From positions 11,036,001-11,100,000 of the forward strand of contig NC_043008.1 of NCBI RefSeq assembly GCF_006345805.1: DNA of 64,000 bases. Direction: 5' to 3'. This DNA is from Octopus sinensis (Eukaryota). Within the stretch, counting starts at the first letter, position 1. Every line of letters begins with the position of its first letter. The notes under the pieces were generated by a model that worked only from the letters and a program-made list of their open reading frames with translations, made no database searches and was not told the origin of the DNA. Position numbers and translations under genes: made by a program. Positions 25,301 through 38,200 of this stretch are shown piece after piece.

Positions 25301-26387
25301 TCGTGATAACTACATAAGTTAAATTTCATGGAAAAAATATTAATATATAAAAATTAATGTCTAAAACTTTTATTCGACATTAAAATTAAGGATATTTTCT
25401 TCAGGTCAGTAACTCACAGGATTATGTTATCAAACAAATACAACGTCAATAAGATCATCTCTAGGAACTGACTTCGGTGCATGAGTAAATATAATAAGGT
25501 AAATGAAAAATTAAATGACTAAATGGGGAATAAAAGAAAGAAATAAATACATCAGTGACTAAACTGTTCCAATTTGGAGAGTAGCATTGCTATAATTCTT
25601 TTATATTATCATTGATCACACATTATTGAACCATTTGATCAGGCACAACTCTATGGGCGGTACGGTTAATGACAATTAAGTAAATGAATAATTAAAATAA
25701 TATATTACTTTAAAACCAGGGATAATTTTCCACAGATGATGACACTGAACAAATAATTATTTTATGTTAATAATACTAAATGAATAAAGCGTAACTTCAA
25801 GCGGAATTACCACTACGCAGTTAGATAACGGTCGAGTCATACCACTGCGTAAAACTTCATAAAATTGAAGCTACTGAAAAATAGATTAAATAAAGTAAAT
25901 CAGAATGTATAATTAAATCAGAAATAATTTTCCTTGGTTAATGATATTGAATTAAAAAAAAAAAAAAAACAGTGTTACGAACGGCAAATAAATTGTGATA
26001 TAAATTCAATTTTTAAGGTTTTTAAAAAGTATACTACCTTCGGTTAAACGGAAAAAATATTGGGAATTTAAATTTAATTGCAACGTTTAAAACAGAACTT
26101 GTGTTAGGAAGTTAAGTAGTGGTATATATACATTTAATTATAATGATATGGAGAAATATCATGTATATTAGTTGATAATACGATGCTGACAAAAAACGAT
26201 AGCTATACTAATATTGCCAAATAAAGCTCTAAAACTTAATCAGCTGTTAATTAAGAGAAATAGATGGAGAAAATATGGGAATTTGCATTCGAAATTTTAA
26301 GTATTAAACAATGAATACAATAAAAAATTTAAATCTTTAGAAATATATATATATATATATTATATATATATATTATATATATATATA

Positions 26388-26660
26388 TTGGTAAAAATGG
26401 TAAGATAACAAAAGAAAGAAAGAGACCTCAATATTATGTAAATAGAATAATTTGTCTGTAAATGTAATTTGTGACAATTATTCGGTAGCCATGATAAAAC
26501 TCTGAGCGTCGGATGCCGAGGTGGAAATCCACACCACCATCTCTTCAGTTATCCGGCCATCGGAAAAACGCTATGAAAAAAGACCGTTATACAAAGAGAA
26601 ATTACTGTGATATTGACCGCCATTTAGACAAAAGCGCTATTCGAATGACCGCTAATTAAG
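26388..26660 (-). mobile_element. Probable Penelope-like pseudo-LTR next to (TA)n, carrying a hammerhead fold
   Basis: Contains the hammerhead fold at 26487-26558. PLE assignment is inferred from the known link between PLE pLTRs and minimal hammerheads. Confidence 0.55.
26487..26558 (-). ncRNA. Type I hammerhead ribozyme fold with core substitutions (GAAA to GACG)
   Basis: Minus strand: ggcc-g-GATAA CTGAAGA GATG..CATC c GACG CTC-a-GAG T T TTATC-at-ggct. Stem I GATAA/TTATC, stem II GATG/CATC with a bulge, stem III CTC/GAG, then a UH site. Confidence 0.7.
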
Positions 26661-26890
26661 GTAAGGTGGTAAAAAGTTCATAGTATACGCGTAAGTGCGC
26701 CTGTTCATACGTATACACATGCGTACGCATACATCACTAGAAAAATGTATACTTCCTCACTCGCATCTTTCGCCAAATGTATATGTATATACATACAACC
26801 CCACCACACCCATAACACTGTTTTTTCTTGTGTTTGTGCGTATGTAAACGTATGTATGAACTTTTACAGTGCGCGTGTGTGTCTGTGTGT

Positions 26891-27090
26891 CGTTAGCACA
26901 CCAGGTAAAATGCTTAACGGCATTTCGTCCGTCTTTACGTTTTGAGTTCAAATTACGCTGATGATGACTTTATCTCGCATACGCTTTCAGGTTCATAAAA
27001 TAAGTACCAGTTAAGCACTGGAGTTGATTTAATCAACTTACCCACTCCCCTGAAATTGCTGGCCTTGTACCAAAGTTTGAAACCAATGTT
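26891..27090 (+). mobile_element. SINE family A, tail type 2, 5'-partial and degenerate
   Basis: gttagcacacc...gagttcaaattac...aagtaccagttaagcactgg...gaaattgctggccttgtacc. Confidence 0.75.
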
Positions 27091-29064
27091 TCTGTATAAT
27101 ATATTGCAAACTATATCTAATCGGAAATTGAACTCACGTAAAGGTAAATAACTAAATCTAGTATTTGGAACGCCGTACTACGAATTACATAGAAACTGCG
27201 AAAGAAAGTTAATGAAAAACGATGATGATTTTTCAATGCAATGGACACTATTATAACACACACACACACACACATAGACACATTTCTTCACACATATACA
27301 CATGGATATGTGTGTGTGGAGTGTTTGAATACATAATCTGCCTTTCCACGTACACAGGTACCATTTAACTTTCTACTGTATTGGCTTTGTTGAAGTAACT
27401 ATTTATTTCGTATCCGAACTATGTAATAGATGAGAGAGAGAGAGAGTGAAAGTGAGGGCGGGGAGAATGAGAGGGAAAGCGATAGAAAGATAGATCAAAT
27501 GGAGCCAAGAGAGAAGGTATAATGAACATGAAGGTTGCGGTTGGGATGAAGTTTGGTGTGAATGTTATGGAAAAATCAATTCTTTAAGAAAGAATGCCTT
27601 GAGCAAATTTGTTGAAGTCTATTAGAAGATATACGAAGAATAATTTCAGGGTTTCTCTTTAATACCATTGGGTTTCTAAATAAGCGCTGAATTGAATTTG
27701 AGACCAATTCTGTGCGAAATCACACCAAAGTTTGAAGCAATCGCCAATATCTGTGTAGGAAGAAAAAAGAAAAAAATTACGATGACATAAATATATCAAT
27801 CAGACTTGGAAATCTGATTCAGCCGTTGAATGGCGACAGCAGAGTGGGGTGGTTGGGGGACAGAGACACTAAGACAGTAGGATTGAGCGGATGCTATTTA
27901 TAACTATTGCCAGTCAGCTTAAATGTCTGCTAAAGTTTTCGCAACTAATAATTGAAACCCACGTGTCCTATCAACTGATACTACAAAAACAAATAAACTA
28001 ATATCACTGAAGGAATACGAAAAAGTGGCGAAATATAATTCCAGCAGAGTAACATACCAAAAAGTAATATCCTAATTGCAAGAATTTGGCAATCGATCTA
28101 AACAAGTATATTGATAAAACGTGTCGTAAGACATTGGTGAACCGAACTGACTCAGGTGTTGATTTGGTCAATAACTACTTTGTTTTTAATCGTATCATGT
28201 TCATAGAAGTTACTGTTGTCTCTTGTCTGAGATTCTCACTTTAGACATTCTGGGCATCATCATGAATCATCAATCAATACTGTAAAAATCAGTTCCCAGT
28301 TTCAAAACTTCTAATATCATATTAATAGATGCACGCTTCGAATACCGTTTCTGACTTTTTACTTGCAGAAAATATAAAGACAATACCTAGAGTTCAATGA
28401 AGGAAAATCAAATATTGAAGACGACACATAAATAAAACCGGCCTACATTCATATGAAGGCACGTACACAGAGACACATATAATTATTTATATAGATATGA
28501 AAATGTCAACCGTAATTTACTTACTAGTCTATGTTTCCATCTATTTGACATCATCAGTGAAACGTTTCCAATACGAAGTACATGGTTGCCTTCATTAACA
28601 TTTGTTAGTATTTATATATTTTAGACGACATTCTTTACTGGCAGTGATCAATTCTTGCCTATGCATGTAATCAAAACTATTTGATGCTATGTTGAACATG
28701 GGAAGCAATCACCCAATATAAACGATAGCAAAGTTACAGAGCAAGTATATGAATTCTGCCACACATTGTTCGTGGCGGAATAACTCGTTAGACACACAAC
28801 ATTTTCACCTTTAATTCCACGTTTGTATTTGGCGATATTTCGTCTCATAACGAACGATACGTTGCAGACATACACTGGCACTAAAATAAGTTGATGAATA
28901 TATATATAAAAAAAAAATTAGTTGGAATTTTCATTTGGAATTTCTCGATTTGGATGACTAACGACAGTGTCTCTCTCTCTCTGTATTGTTATTTGTGTAA
29001 ATAGATATGTGCACGCATATGTTAGTACATACCTGCGCAAGTATGCATGTAAATGCACACCGAC

Positions 29065-29116
<52 letters not shown>

Positions 29117-29859
29117 GTAAACTAAAAGTATTAACAACTCTAAAGTGAAAGTTAGGGAGATTATATTGCAAAATATTAATCATGTTTATTGATATTGCTC
29201 AACAATGTTTGGAATAAAATGGCACTTGAGATTTCAATGAATTTGTGTTATTGATTTCTAAGAGTATATTGGATTCTTTGTAGAAGCCTGGAATTTTAAT
29301 AAAGGTATCTGATCTAAACTTTTGGATTAAACTCTCAGAGCAATAAAGCTGACAAGCTTCACGGACTTGACTAATCTTGGAGTAAATTTATTTCTTCAAA
29401 CGTAGTTTGAATTCATTTAGATAGTCTCGTAATAACTGGAATCGGCAAAACCTGTTTTCTATTCTCTCCGAAGATTAATGGAAATCACAACAGCTGACGG
29501 TTAAGATATCGTTCTCTTGGAATCGGAATCCTTTCATTTTAGTCTCTTTTTGTGGGAAAGGCATTGAAGTTTCCCAGTATAAAACTATATTGCTGACATT
29601 AGTATTGTTGCGTTGGTACCTGAATGTCTTCTTTCATGCTATGGAAGATTATAAGGGTAGAATTTGATATTGGTACTAATATAAATTATGCAATCTTAAG
29701 ATTAAAACTATGCTAGCCACCACAAATTGTGCGTTCATCTTCAGTAGGAAATATTTTTATATAGAATTAACAAAGAGTGGCATCGCGAAGCATTTTTGGC
29801 CGTCTTGCCATTTCTGAAATCATTATGGTTCATATTATTGCTTTTTTTTTTATTATGCG

Positions 29860-30157
29860 GCCTTTTCAAGCCTAGCTAGGCTCATGGGCCCGGTTTCCCG
29901 GTTTCTGTGGCGTATGTGTCCCCCCCCCAGCTGGACGGGACGCCAGTCCATCGCAGCGTTACTCAAGAAACAGGAAGAACGAGTGAGAGAAAGTTGGGAC
30001 GAAAGAGTACAACAGGGGTCACCACCACCTCTTGTCGGAGCATCGTGGAGCTTTAGGTGTTTTCCCCAAATAAACACACAGAACGCCCGGTCTGGGAATC
30101 GAAACCGCGATCCTCCGACTGTGAGTCCGCTGCCCTAATCAGTGGGCCATTGCGCCT
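29860..30157 (-). mobile_element. SINE family C with V-domain-like tail
   Basis: Element strand: ggcgcaatggcccactgattagggcagcgg...gctgcgatggactggcgtcccgtccagctggggg...ggcttgaaaaggc. Confidence 0.92.
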
Positions 30158-30984
30158 CTACTATGGTTCATATATAATACAGGTATGTTTTAGGACTAAG
30201 TGTTACCAGAGAAATGTATTCTGATGATGATTGTGCAGGTAAATATGTACGTGAATTTTTGCTTGCAAGAATGAATTTCATTCGTGCTGAAAATAACAAT
30301 ACCTTATAAAGAAAACTCACGTGTGCAGGTGGGATGCAAGTATGACTCCGCGTGCGATTTGGAGGAGGTTTAGCTGGTATTACAGTAATTTTATGTATTT
30401 CGTTGGCGATTGGTTAAATGCAGGTCAGGAACGAATGGTTGGAGCGAATTTGATTTATTCTATCAGAAACAACCAGGAATAAAACGAAAATAGCACTAAC
30501 AATAACTATTAATTATTATGACTTGATAATGTGGCTATACTAGGCAAATTTTCTGTATCATGATCTTGAATCAAGGAATTATATAAAAAACTACCGGCAC
30601 AATTACATTTATACCGCAAAAGGAATAATAATCAATTTCAAAATATTGATACATTTTCTAAAACATTCTCCCGAAAATATTCAGGGGACAGTTCTAACGC
30701 TTGGTCTAGATAACGTTGTAAATCATAAACAACTTGTTTTCAGAAAAACCTTTCGTAATGTGGTCGAAAACAAATCTTTAACTAAATATATCGAAATGAA
30801 GAAAAATAATAATTGAATCGTGGGATATTACCTTTCTGTCAAAATATTGTCTCTCCTTCTTTCCACACTCTGTATACACACGCATACACACACATTCAGC
30901 AATCCCTCCTTTCTACCCTTATTCCTGGGCGGGATGTGGTGGTAGAGTCCTCAGAGACCTCCTTCATAGGGCCTTACCAGAAGC

Positions 30985-31167
30985 AATTATGTGCTGTGCC
31001 CATGACTGAACTCGCACTGTTCTTGACTTATCTTGACCATGGCAATTTCCCTACATCTCTTTTCCAGACACCTCGCGTAGGCTTTTACGTGGAACTTCAA
31101 CAAGGGCATTACACTGTAATAAGGATACTCTGCCTTATCTCCCTTGTTAAGAATAGAGATTATACTC
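30985..31167 (-). mobile_element. RTE-clade LINE RT fragment (degenerate)
   Basis: SIISILNKGDKAEYPYYSVMPLLKFHVKAYARCLEKRCREIAMVKISQEQCEFSHGHST resembles RTE PIFKKGD..C.NYRGISLL...K.Y...LE.R.R.......QCGFR.GRST. Confidence 0.7.
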
Positions 31168-31551
31168 AACTAGGAGTATCGCCCGGCGTTGCTCGGGTTT
31201 GTAAGGGAAATAACTATAAAGCATTTTTAGAGAGTTATAGCCAAAAATAGCAAAAAATGCAAAAAAAATTATGGTAAATTTTTTTTTAAATCGTCACCTC
31301 ATCGTAGACATTTTTAGAGAGTTACTTCCCTTATATTTAAAAAATATGCATTAAAATGGAAAAGAATGATGGTAAATTATTTTTAAAATCGTAGACTCAT
31401 CGTAGACGCGCGCTAATACCCAGAAGGGCTCGATATGAATCACGACTATAAGATACCCGGTTTTGGTTAAACTGCATCGCAAAATGTGGGAGTAGTTAGG
31501 AATCTAAATCGGAGTAGACAGACACACAACCTTTCTTTTATATATAAAGAT
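31168..31551 (+). mobile_element. Non-autonomous Helentron/HINE (DINE-1-like) element
   Basis: Starts aactaggagtatcgcccggcgttgctcggg, ends cttttatatataaagat; internal direct repeats tttttagagagtta and aaatcgt..ctcatcgtagac. Confidence 0.65.
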
Positions 31552-32197
31552 ATGCTGTACAAAGAGATGATGCCCCATAAATATCATACAATTTTGGATG
31601 AATTATTAGCCTCTCAAATTGGTGTCGATGATGATGAAGTGTAAGATAGAAGAGTGTCCTACTTCATCTTTGCAGTAACTCTTATTCCACCGCGATCAAC
31701 ATTCTCAAAATACTCAAAAAGATTTTGTGATAAGAACGAAACATAAATGATATTACGGTTCCCTAACACATTTCTCTAGAAATGTTTTCTACATATTGAA
31801 CTGAGTAAATTTAGAAATTATGATTTTTTTAATGCATACGAGTCTCGCTTGCTATTTCCTTGTGTGAGAATGCGTTACCATTTTATATCATAAAATTTTA
31901 TATCATAAAAATTTATTATATCATAAAAATTTAATTTCGTGTTATATGATTTCCTGATATTACAGACCCCCGAAAAATATGAAATCTGTAACGCAGTAAT
32001 TTCTGTATACATCTATATAACGAAAAATTCAGTTGGCCATAACTGTGACTGAAGGTGTTGTGTAGCAACTTTATTGCTAGAAATATGATTTAAAACCCTT
32101 AGAGCCATAAGAAAACACATTTTCGTAGACTGACAGGGGAGATAACCATCACATTAGAATATCGCTAAATTTATATGGCATATATATATATATATAC

Positions 32198-32470
32198 TGA
32201 GAGTCTGGATTTAGCCAGACCATTTGACGATGGAGCAGTCACTACTGACTGAAGGACCTGCAATTTTTCAGTCGAAATTAATCTAGTGATTTAGCTTCGT
32301 TTATGGGGCGGTTACCACCCCTGTCTGTATATGAAATAGAGCTTTCTCGCGGCTCTGAGGGTTTTGACTATTATTTCTAGTAACATAAGTGCTATCCAGC
32401 ACCATCAGTGACAATTAGTGACAACTGAAAATTTCACTTTTGGATTTATGCTTAGAATAGCTGTGTTCGT
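32198..32470 (+). mobile_element. Probable Penelope-like pseudo-LTR between (TA)n arrays, carrying a hammerhead fold
   Basis: Unique ~270 bp flanked by (TA)n and containing the fold at 32239-32289. PLE assignment is inferred. Confidence 0.55.
32239..32289 (+). ncRNA. Type I hammerhead ribozyme fold with a 5-nt deletion in the CUGANGA core
   Basis: TCACTA CT GACTGAA ggacctgcaattt TTCAGTC GAAA TTAA T C TAGTGA. Perfect stem I (6 bp) and stem II (7 bp), GAAA, palindromic ATTAAT stem III, AUC site. Confidence 0.72.
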
Positions 32471-32472
32471 TT

Positions 32473-32508
<36 letters not shown>

Positions 32509-32520
32509 ATATATAATATA

Positions 32521-32561
<41 letters not shown>

Positions 32562-32670
32562 CATATATTTATATATATGTATGTATGAGTGTGTGTGTGT
32601 GTATAAGATTAAATCTACAGAAAATTGAAACATTTATGGGAAAATGTCTTTGCATAGATCTATACTTCTT

Positions 32671-32753
<83 letters not shown>

Positions 32754-33195
32754 CAGGGAGTGTTCAAAACTGCCCGAATTCAAAGGTGTTGCGAAAGGCC
32801 TAGCTGGAGGCACAATTTTTCGACTTCTTTTACAGGACTCAGAAATACTAAAGGACCGTTGCCATAACTTTCTGAATCTGAATATATTGAATAAAATCAT
32901 AATTAAGTGATTCTCTTGTATATTCTAGTATCGAAAACCAGGAACCTTTAGCACCACCTTGTGTCTATCTATCTATCTATCATCACAATGGACGGACGGT
33001 AGTCATATCGGCTCCAAGTAAGTTGGCCACTTTTACATGTTTAAAACTCCTTGTTGTCAAATATTTTGTTTTAATCGTTGTGCAAATTCATTCACTAAAA
33101 ACCTGAGAATTATTCACGTAGAATTCCGCCCCTGTATGGGCGAAATTACAAAAAAACTTTCAAACTTTCGTGGGTTTTTTTAGCCATTTTTCATT

Positions 33196-35202
33196 TTGAA
33201 AATGGCAACTAGAAACCACGTGGCTAGCCCGCCAGTCATGCAGAACGGTAGCAAAACACTATTGCTACCACTAGCTGCTAAACATCGCAGCGTGAACACC
33301 GCTGTCACCACCATCACCACCACCAACAACAACACCAACAAATCTAACGTCGCATTCACCATCGCCGCGACCAAAGACATTAACTTAGATTTCCCCTCAC
33401 TCCCCACACCACTTGTTGATGATAAAGGGACAGAGAAAGGGATTTCAAAAATGAATACAAACGAAAACATGAATGCCAGCCCCACCACCATCACCACCAC
33501 AACAACAACAACACGAAATTGGCACAAAGCCGCCTACCAAAGACAACACCGCCAAACCCAACACCACTACTACGACGTCAAATGCTACATCAAGCCTTCT
33601 GCTGCTAATACCGCCAACACCAACACCACTACCATGACTTCAATTAACACTGCCACAATTAACACTTCTACTGCCAAATTCAAAACGAATTTTGCGGACG
33701 TAACAAAACAAAAAAGAACAATTGTAACATTCACCACACAAGAGATAAACCGCACAAAGGCACTCTTCTCCAAAGAAGGAGACAAATTGCACCTTCATAT
33801 TCCACACACATCGTGGAAAACACGCAAAAAAAAACAATAATTTATAATAAAGTAATAACAAAAAAACAAGAAGAACAGAAAATGCACCGCAGGAAAAAAT
33901 CGATAAATGCCTTCGTCCTGTATGGGACTCCAAGGAATATATCAGTTGGGGAAACAAATTTGGTACAGTCCAAGTATGTTTCCTCAACGAAAGTTTAGCA
34001 AAACGTTTTTCCACATTGGAGCTACTTCGGACGACTTGGTAATGATACCAGTCTATTTAAACAAAAGGGTCACGAAAGTCCAAATAAAAAACATACCATT
34101 TGATGTCGAAACACAATGGGTGGTCTCTGCCATCTGCTTTGAAATGTCAGAGACAATGTCAGAGACAAACATCCTGGAAATCGCGGTTCTAGGAGAGAAA
34201 GACTATGTGGGCAAATCAATCGAATTCCTGCTTCAATTGGATGAAGCAGCAAGAGAGAAGATACCCACCGCTATAGAACTGCCAGGAGGCTACAAACTCT
34301 ATATAGTGGTAGAGGGCAGGCGACCACGCTGCTATTTGTGTGGAAGCGAAACACACTTGAAAAAGACGTGCCCAACCACTGCACACCAAGAGCAACAACA
34401 ACAACCACTACCACAACCAAAGCACTCTGGAAAAAAAGCTCTACTACCCACACCACCATCAACACAGAAGACGACAAGAGAAGCACACCAAGCTAATCCG
34501 TCATCAACCAAAACCACTCGACACCTGGAAAAATACCAACACTACCATCAACAGCAAAACCCAAAGGAACAGAAAAACAAAGAAAACACACACAAACTGA
34601 TCCCCCATCCCTTATACCGCACTCAACACACACAAACACTCAACAACCAACAACAACGAAAACAACAACACAACCACTTACACAGACATACATAGAAGCC
34701 CACAACATACCCCTACCCCCTTCTGATTCCTCAGAAATTTCGTCGGAAGACGAAACCAGTGAGGAATGGCAAATAGCTACAAAAAGAAGGAAAATAAAGA
34801 GCAGAAACACAACCAAACCAAATGCAAACACGAACAAAGCAGGGGGAAATACATCTCCCGAAGACATTTCAAACCCAACGCAAACAACAGCCACACCAAC
34901 ACACAAAAACATATACAGCAAACATGCTCACAGCCATAGACACCAAAAACACAAATTTGATGGAATACATCCAATCAAAAACAAACATAACAGAAGATGA
35001 CATAAAAACAAACAACCACCCATACACAACACCACCAGACCACATCAAAATAATACACATCTCCAAAAGTCTGCACCACACACTCAAAGGCATTTTCCCC
35101 AGTGCGGTTGGTAAATGCCAAAAATATCTCACAAAGAAACTGTACTGGGATCTTCTCGAGGACAAACCAACGGAGGAGAAAGCAAAAACTTTCGAGCAGT
35201 AA
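33196..35202 (+). pseudogene. LINE ORF1 (RRM-like region plus CCHC zinc knuckle), split by frameshifts
   Basis: Pieces 33196-33840, 33813-33998, 33907-34695 and 34822-35202; RVTKVQIKNIPFDV and RRPRCYLCGSETHLKKTCP (CX2CX4HX4C). Confidence 0.85.
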
Positions 35203-35233
35203 GTAACCCTCTGTATTCTAATTCATTAGAACT

Positions 35234-38200
35234 ATGATCAAGATTGGTTGTGTAAATGCGCGTGGCTTGGAAACAAGGGTACCTCTTAAATGACATAAAG
35301 TCACATAAGTTAGAAATCATAGCCATAAGCGAGACCAGACTCCACAATCCGCGGGCCCTAAAGACCATGTTTGGCGGACAGTTCAACATTTATTTTTCCC
35401 CCTGTCTGCCGAGAATGGGCGGTAGTGGCACCGCGGTACTTTTTCACAAGAGTCTGGATCTCAATGTAAGGACAATATTCGTAGACCCGGAGGGTAGACT
35501 GGTCGTCCTGGATGTCGACGGCAGCAATGGGTGCGCTTTTCGGCTCGTATCAGTTTACGCACCGCCCTTAACAGGTCGGGCGGATTTCTTTCAACGTCTA
35601 GAAGTTTTCTTGGGAACGTCTCGTCCTTTACTCTTAGTGGGGGATTGGAATGCTACCTTGGACACGCATGTAGACTACGTGGGTAGAGATAGGAATAGAC
35701 GGGGATGCAAATGCCTCAGAGACCTGCTCAGACGCTTTCAACTGTCTGACAGGTTTCGACTAGACCACCTGAATGCGCCAACGTGGACATGGAGCAACCG
35801 CATCGGGTCGTCGAGATCGTATCTAGATAGGATACTGTGTAGGACAGTAGATAGAGATAGCATAGGATGTCCACAATTCCACATAGTCAGCTACACGGAT
35901 CACAAACTTGTGACATGTACGCTAGACTTAGGTAAGACACTTAGGCAGGGTCCCGGATACTGGAAACTAAACGCGTCTTTCCTATCGAGACAAGTTTTCA
36001 GAGACCGGATTAGCACACTAGTAAGAGGGCTTTGACGGGAGCCATCATCAACAACAAATGGTGGTTTGCCCTCAAGAGAGCAGTAAAAGCAGAAGCGATT
36101 AGGTACAGCAAAGCACTAGCCATAGATAGAAATAGAGTAGAGGGTGAGCTAGTTAAGAAGCTAGAAGAGGCAATTAGAAGCGGCATCGCATCCGACGTTT
36201 TGGCGGCGAGGTTGGCCCTCGACCAACACTTCAACGCCAAACACGAAGGATGTGCTGTCAGAGCTAGGATGCGTGCTCTAAGGAACGAAGGTGTTGGAGC
36301 CGCGAGAGAGGCCCCGGTGGCAGAGGCGCAACAGGGCAACAAGCCACCATTCGGTCACTGGTAGATGAACAGGGGCGCGAATTGCTCGAGCCAAGTAAAA
36401 TGTGTGAGGCCTTTCAGCAGCATTTTGCCCGACTGTTCGGAACGAGTGGAGGGCAAGAACGTAGGGTGGACTTCAGTGCCTACCTACATAGCCTACCACG
36501 ACTCTCGACAAAAAGGCAGGGTGCTGCGAAGGTGCCATCACGGCGGCGGAAGTGCGGGAAGCGATGGCAGAATGCTCGAGGGACAAATCACCGGGTTTGG
36601 ATGGTCTACCCTACGAGCTTTACAATTGTATGCCAGACTTGTTTGGAGATCTCTTGCGGCGGTGTACTGCACAACTGGCAGCAAAACGGGAGCATTCCTG
36701 GTTTTGCGAGCCGAGGCCGTAACACTGCTGAAGAAGATCTAAACAAGGGAAATGTAATAGATAACTTTAGGCCCATCACTCTGCTTAATGCAGACTTGAA
36801 AATTTTGGCCAAGGTACTAGCCAAGAGGTTGGCGCTTGTCATCGAGAAACTGGTCGACAAGGCGCAAACATGCGCCGTGCCAGGCCGGACCATCCATGAC
36901 AACCTCCATCTGATGCGCTACATCATAGACAGGGTAGTTAACGAACCTGGCATGGGTGGGGCCCTGATCAACTTGGATCAATCAAAAGCCTTTGATAGGG
37001 TAGACCATCGATACTTGGAGGCAGTCCTGAGAGCGGCTGGTTTCGGTCCCGTCTTCCGCGGCTGGATAGCTGCCTTGTACAGAGGCATCCGTTCGGTAAT
37101 TCGCGTAAATGGACATCTATCGAGACCTTTCGACATTGCACGTTCGGTCCGTCAGGGATGCCCCCTCTCGGCGCTTCTATACGTATTGACTCTTGAGCCA
37201 CTACTGCGAAAGCTGGCGACTCTAAGGGGCATCCCGCGAGAATTGGGATGCGGGACGAGCGTGTCTGCATACGCGGACGACGACGTCACCGTCATAGTGT
37301 CTAGCCACGAGCACATCGAGCTGGTCGGCGAGACACTGAAAAACTACGAAGCGGTGACAGGAGCGAAAATCAACCGGGAAAAGTCAGTGGGCTTGCGACT
37401 AGGCACCTGGAGAAGCAAGCCCATGCCGTCCACCAGCGCCTCCGTCGTGGGACGCTGGACCGACGGCCCGGTTGAGTTGCTCGGTCGGTTTGGTTTGGTC
37501 CGGACCTCCAAGTGGAGAAGCTGGAACGAGATAACGAGTAGGGTGGTCACTCTCGCCCGGCAATGGGCCGAGAGGAAACTGTCCCTAAAAGGTCGAGCGG
37601 AGGTGGCGAACACGTACATCGCGTCCGTCATCTACTACCGCCTGACCGTCGTACCTTGTCCCGACCCTACCATCACCAACTACAACGCATCCTCTTTCGC
37701 TTCTTGTGAAAGGATGCGTCCCGATGGTCAGGCGATCCATTTGCTGTCAACACCCGTTAAAAGGAGGGCTGGGCATGCCGTGGTTGATGATGCGCAGACA
37801 CGCGCTGAGACTGCGACATCTCTGGCTCTATGTAGACGACGGTGAACAGGTGTGGTCGCCGTTTGTGAGGCACGCTTTCCCGCAGCTCGTCTCCATGACC
37901 GAACTGCAGTCGTGGATCAAAAAGAGGCCGAGGAAGGGCGAATGGCACCGCGAGTGTTGCGTTGCTCTCAAGCAACTCTGCCGTCCTGGGTCGACCTTAA
38001 GTGACTTCAACACAACCAAAGCATTCTATAGGGGTTTAGTGGAGGGGAGGTACGACGACGAGCTCGGGGCGAACCTGGACGTCGACGAGGAGTACCTGAC
38101 CCGCCTGTTCGGGACGACTTTCGGGCCAGGGCCCATGGACAACTTCCAGAGATCCCTGGCCTGGCAGTGCTACCGAGAAGCGCTACCCGTTCGGGATAAG

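Noticed and set aside
29250-29650. Hints of LRR-like phrases (FTDLTNL, ITGIGKTCF)
   Set aside because: No sustained LxxLxLxxN periodicity in any frame, and many stops.
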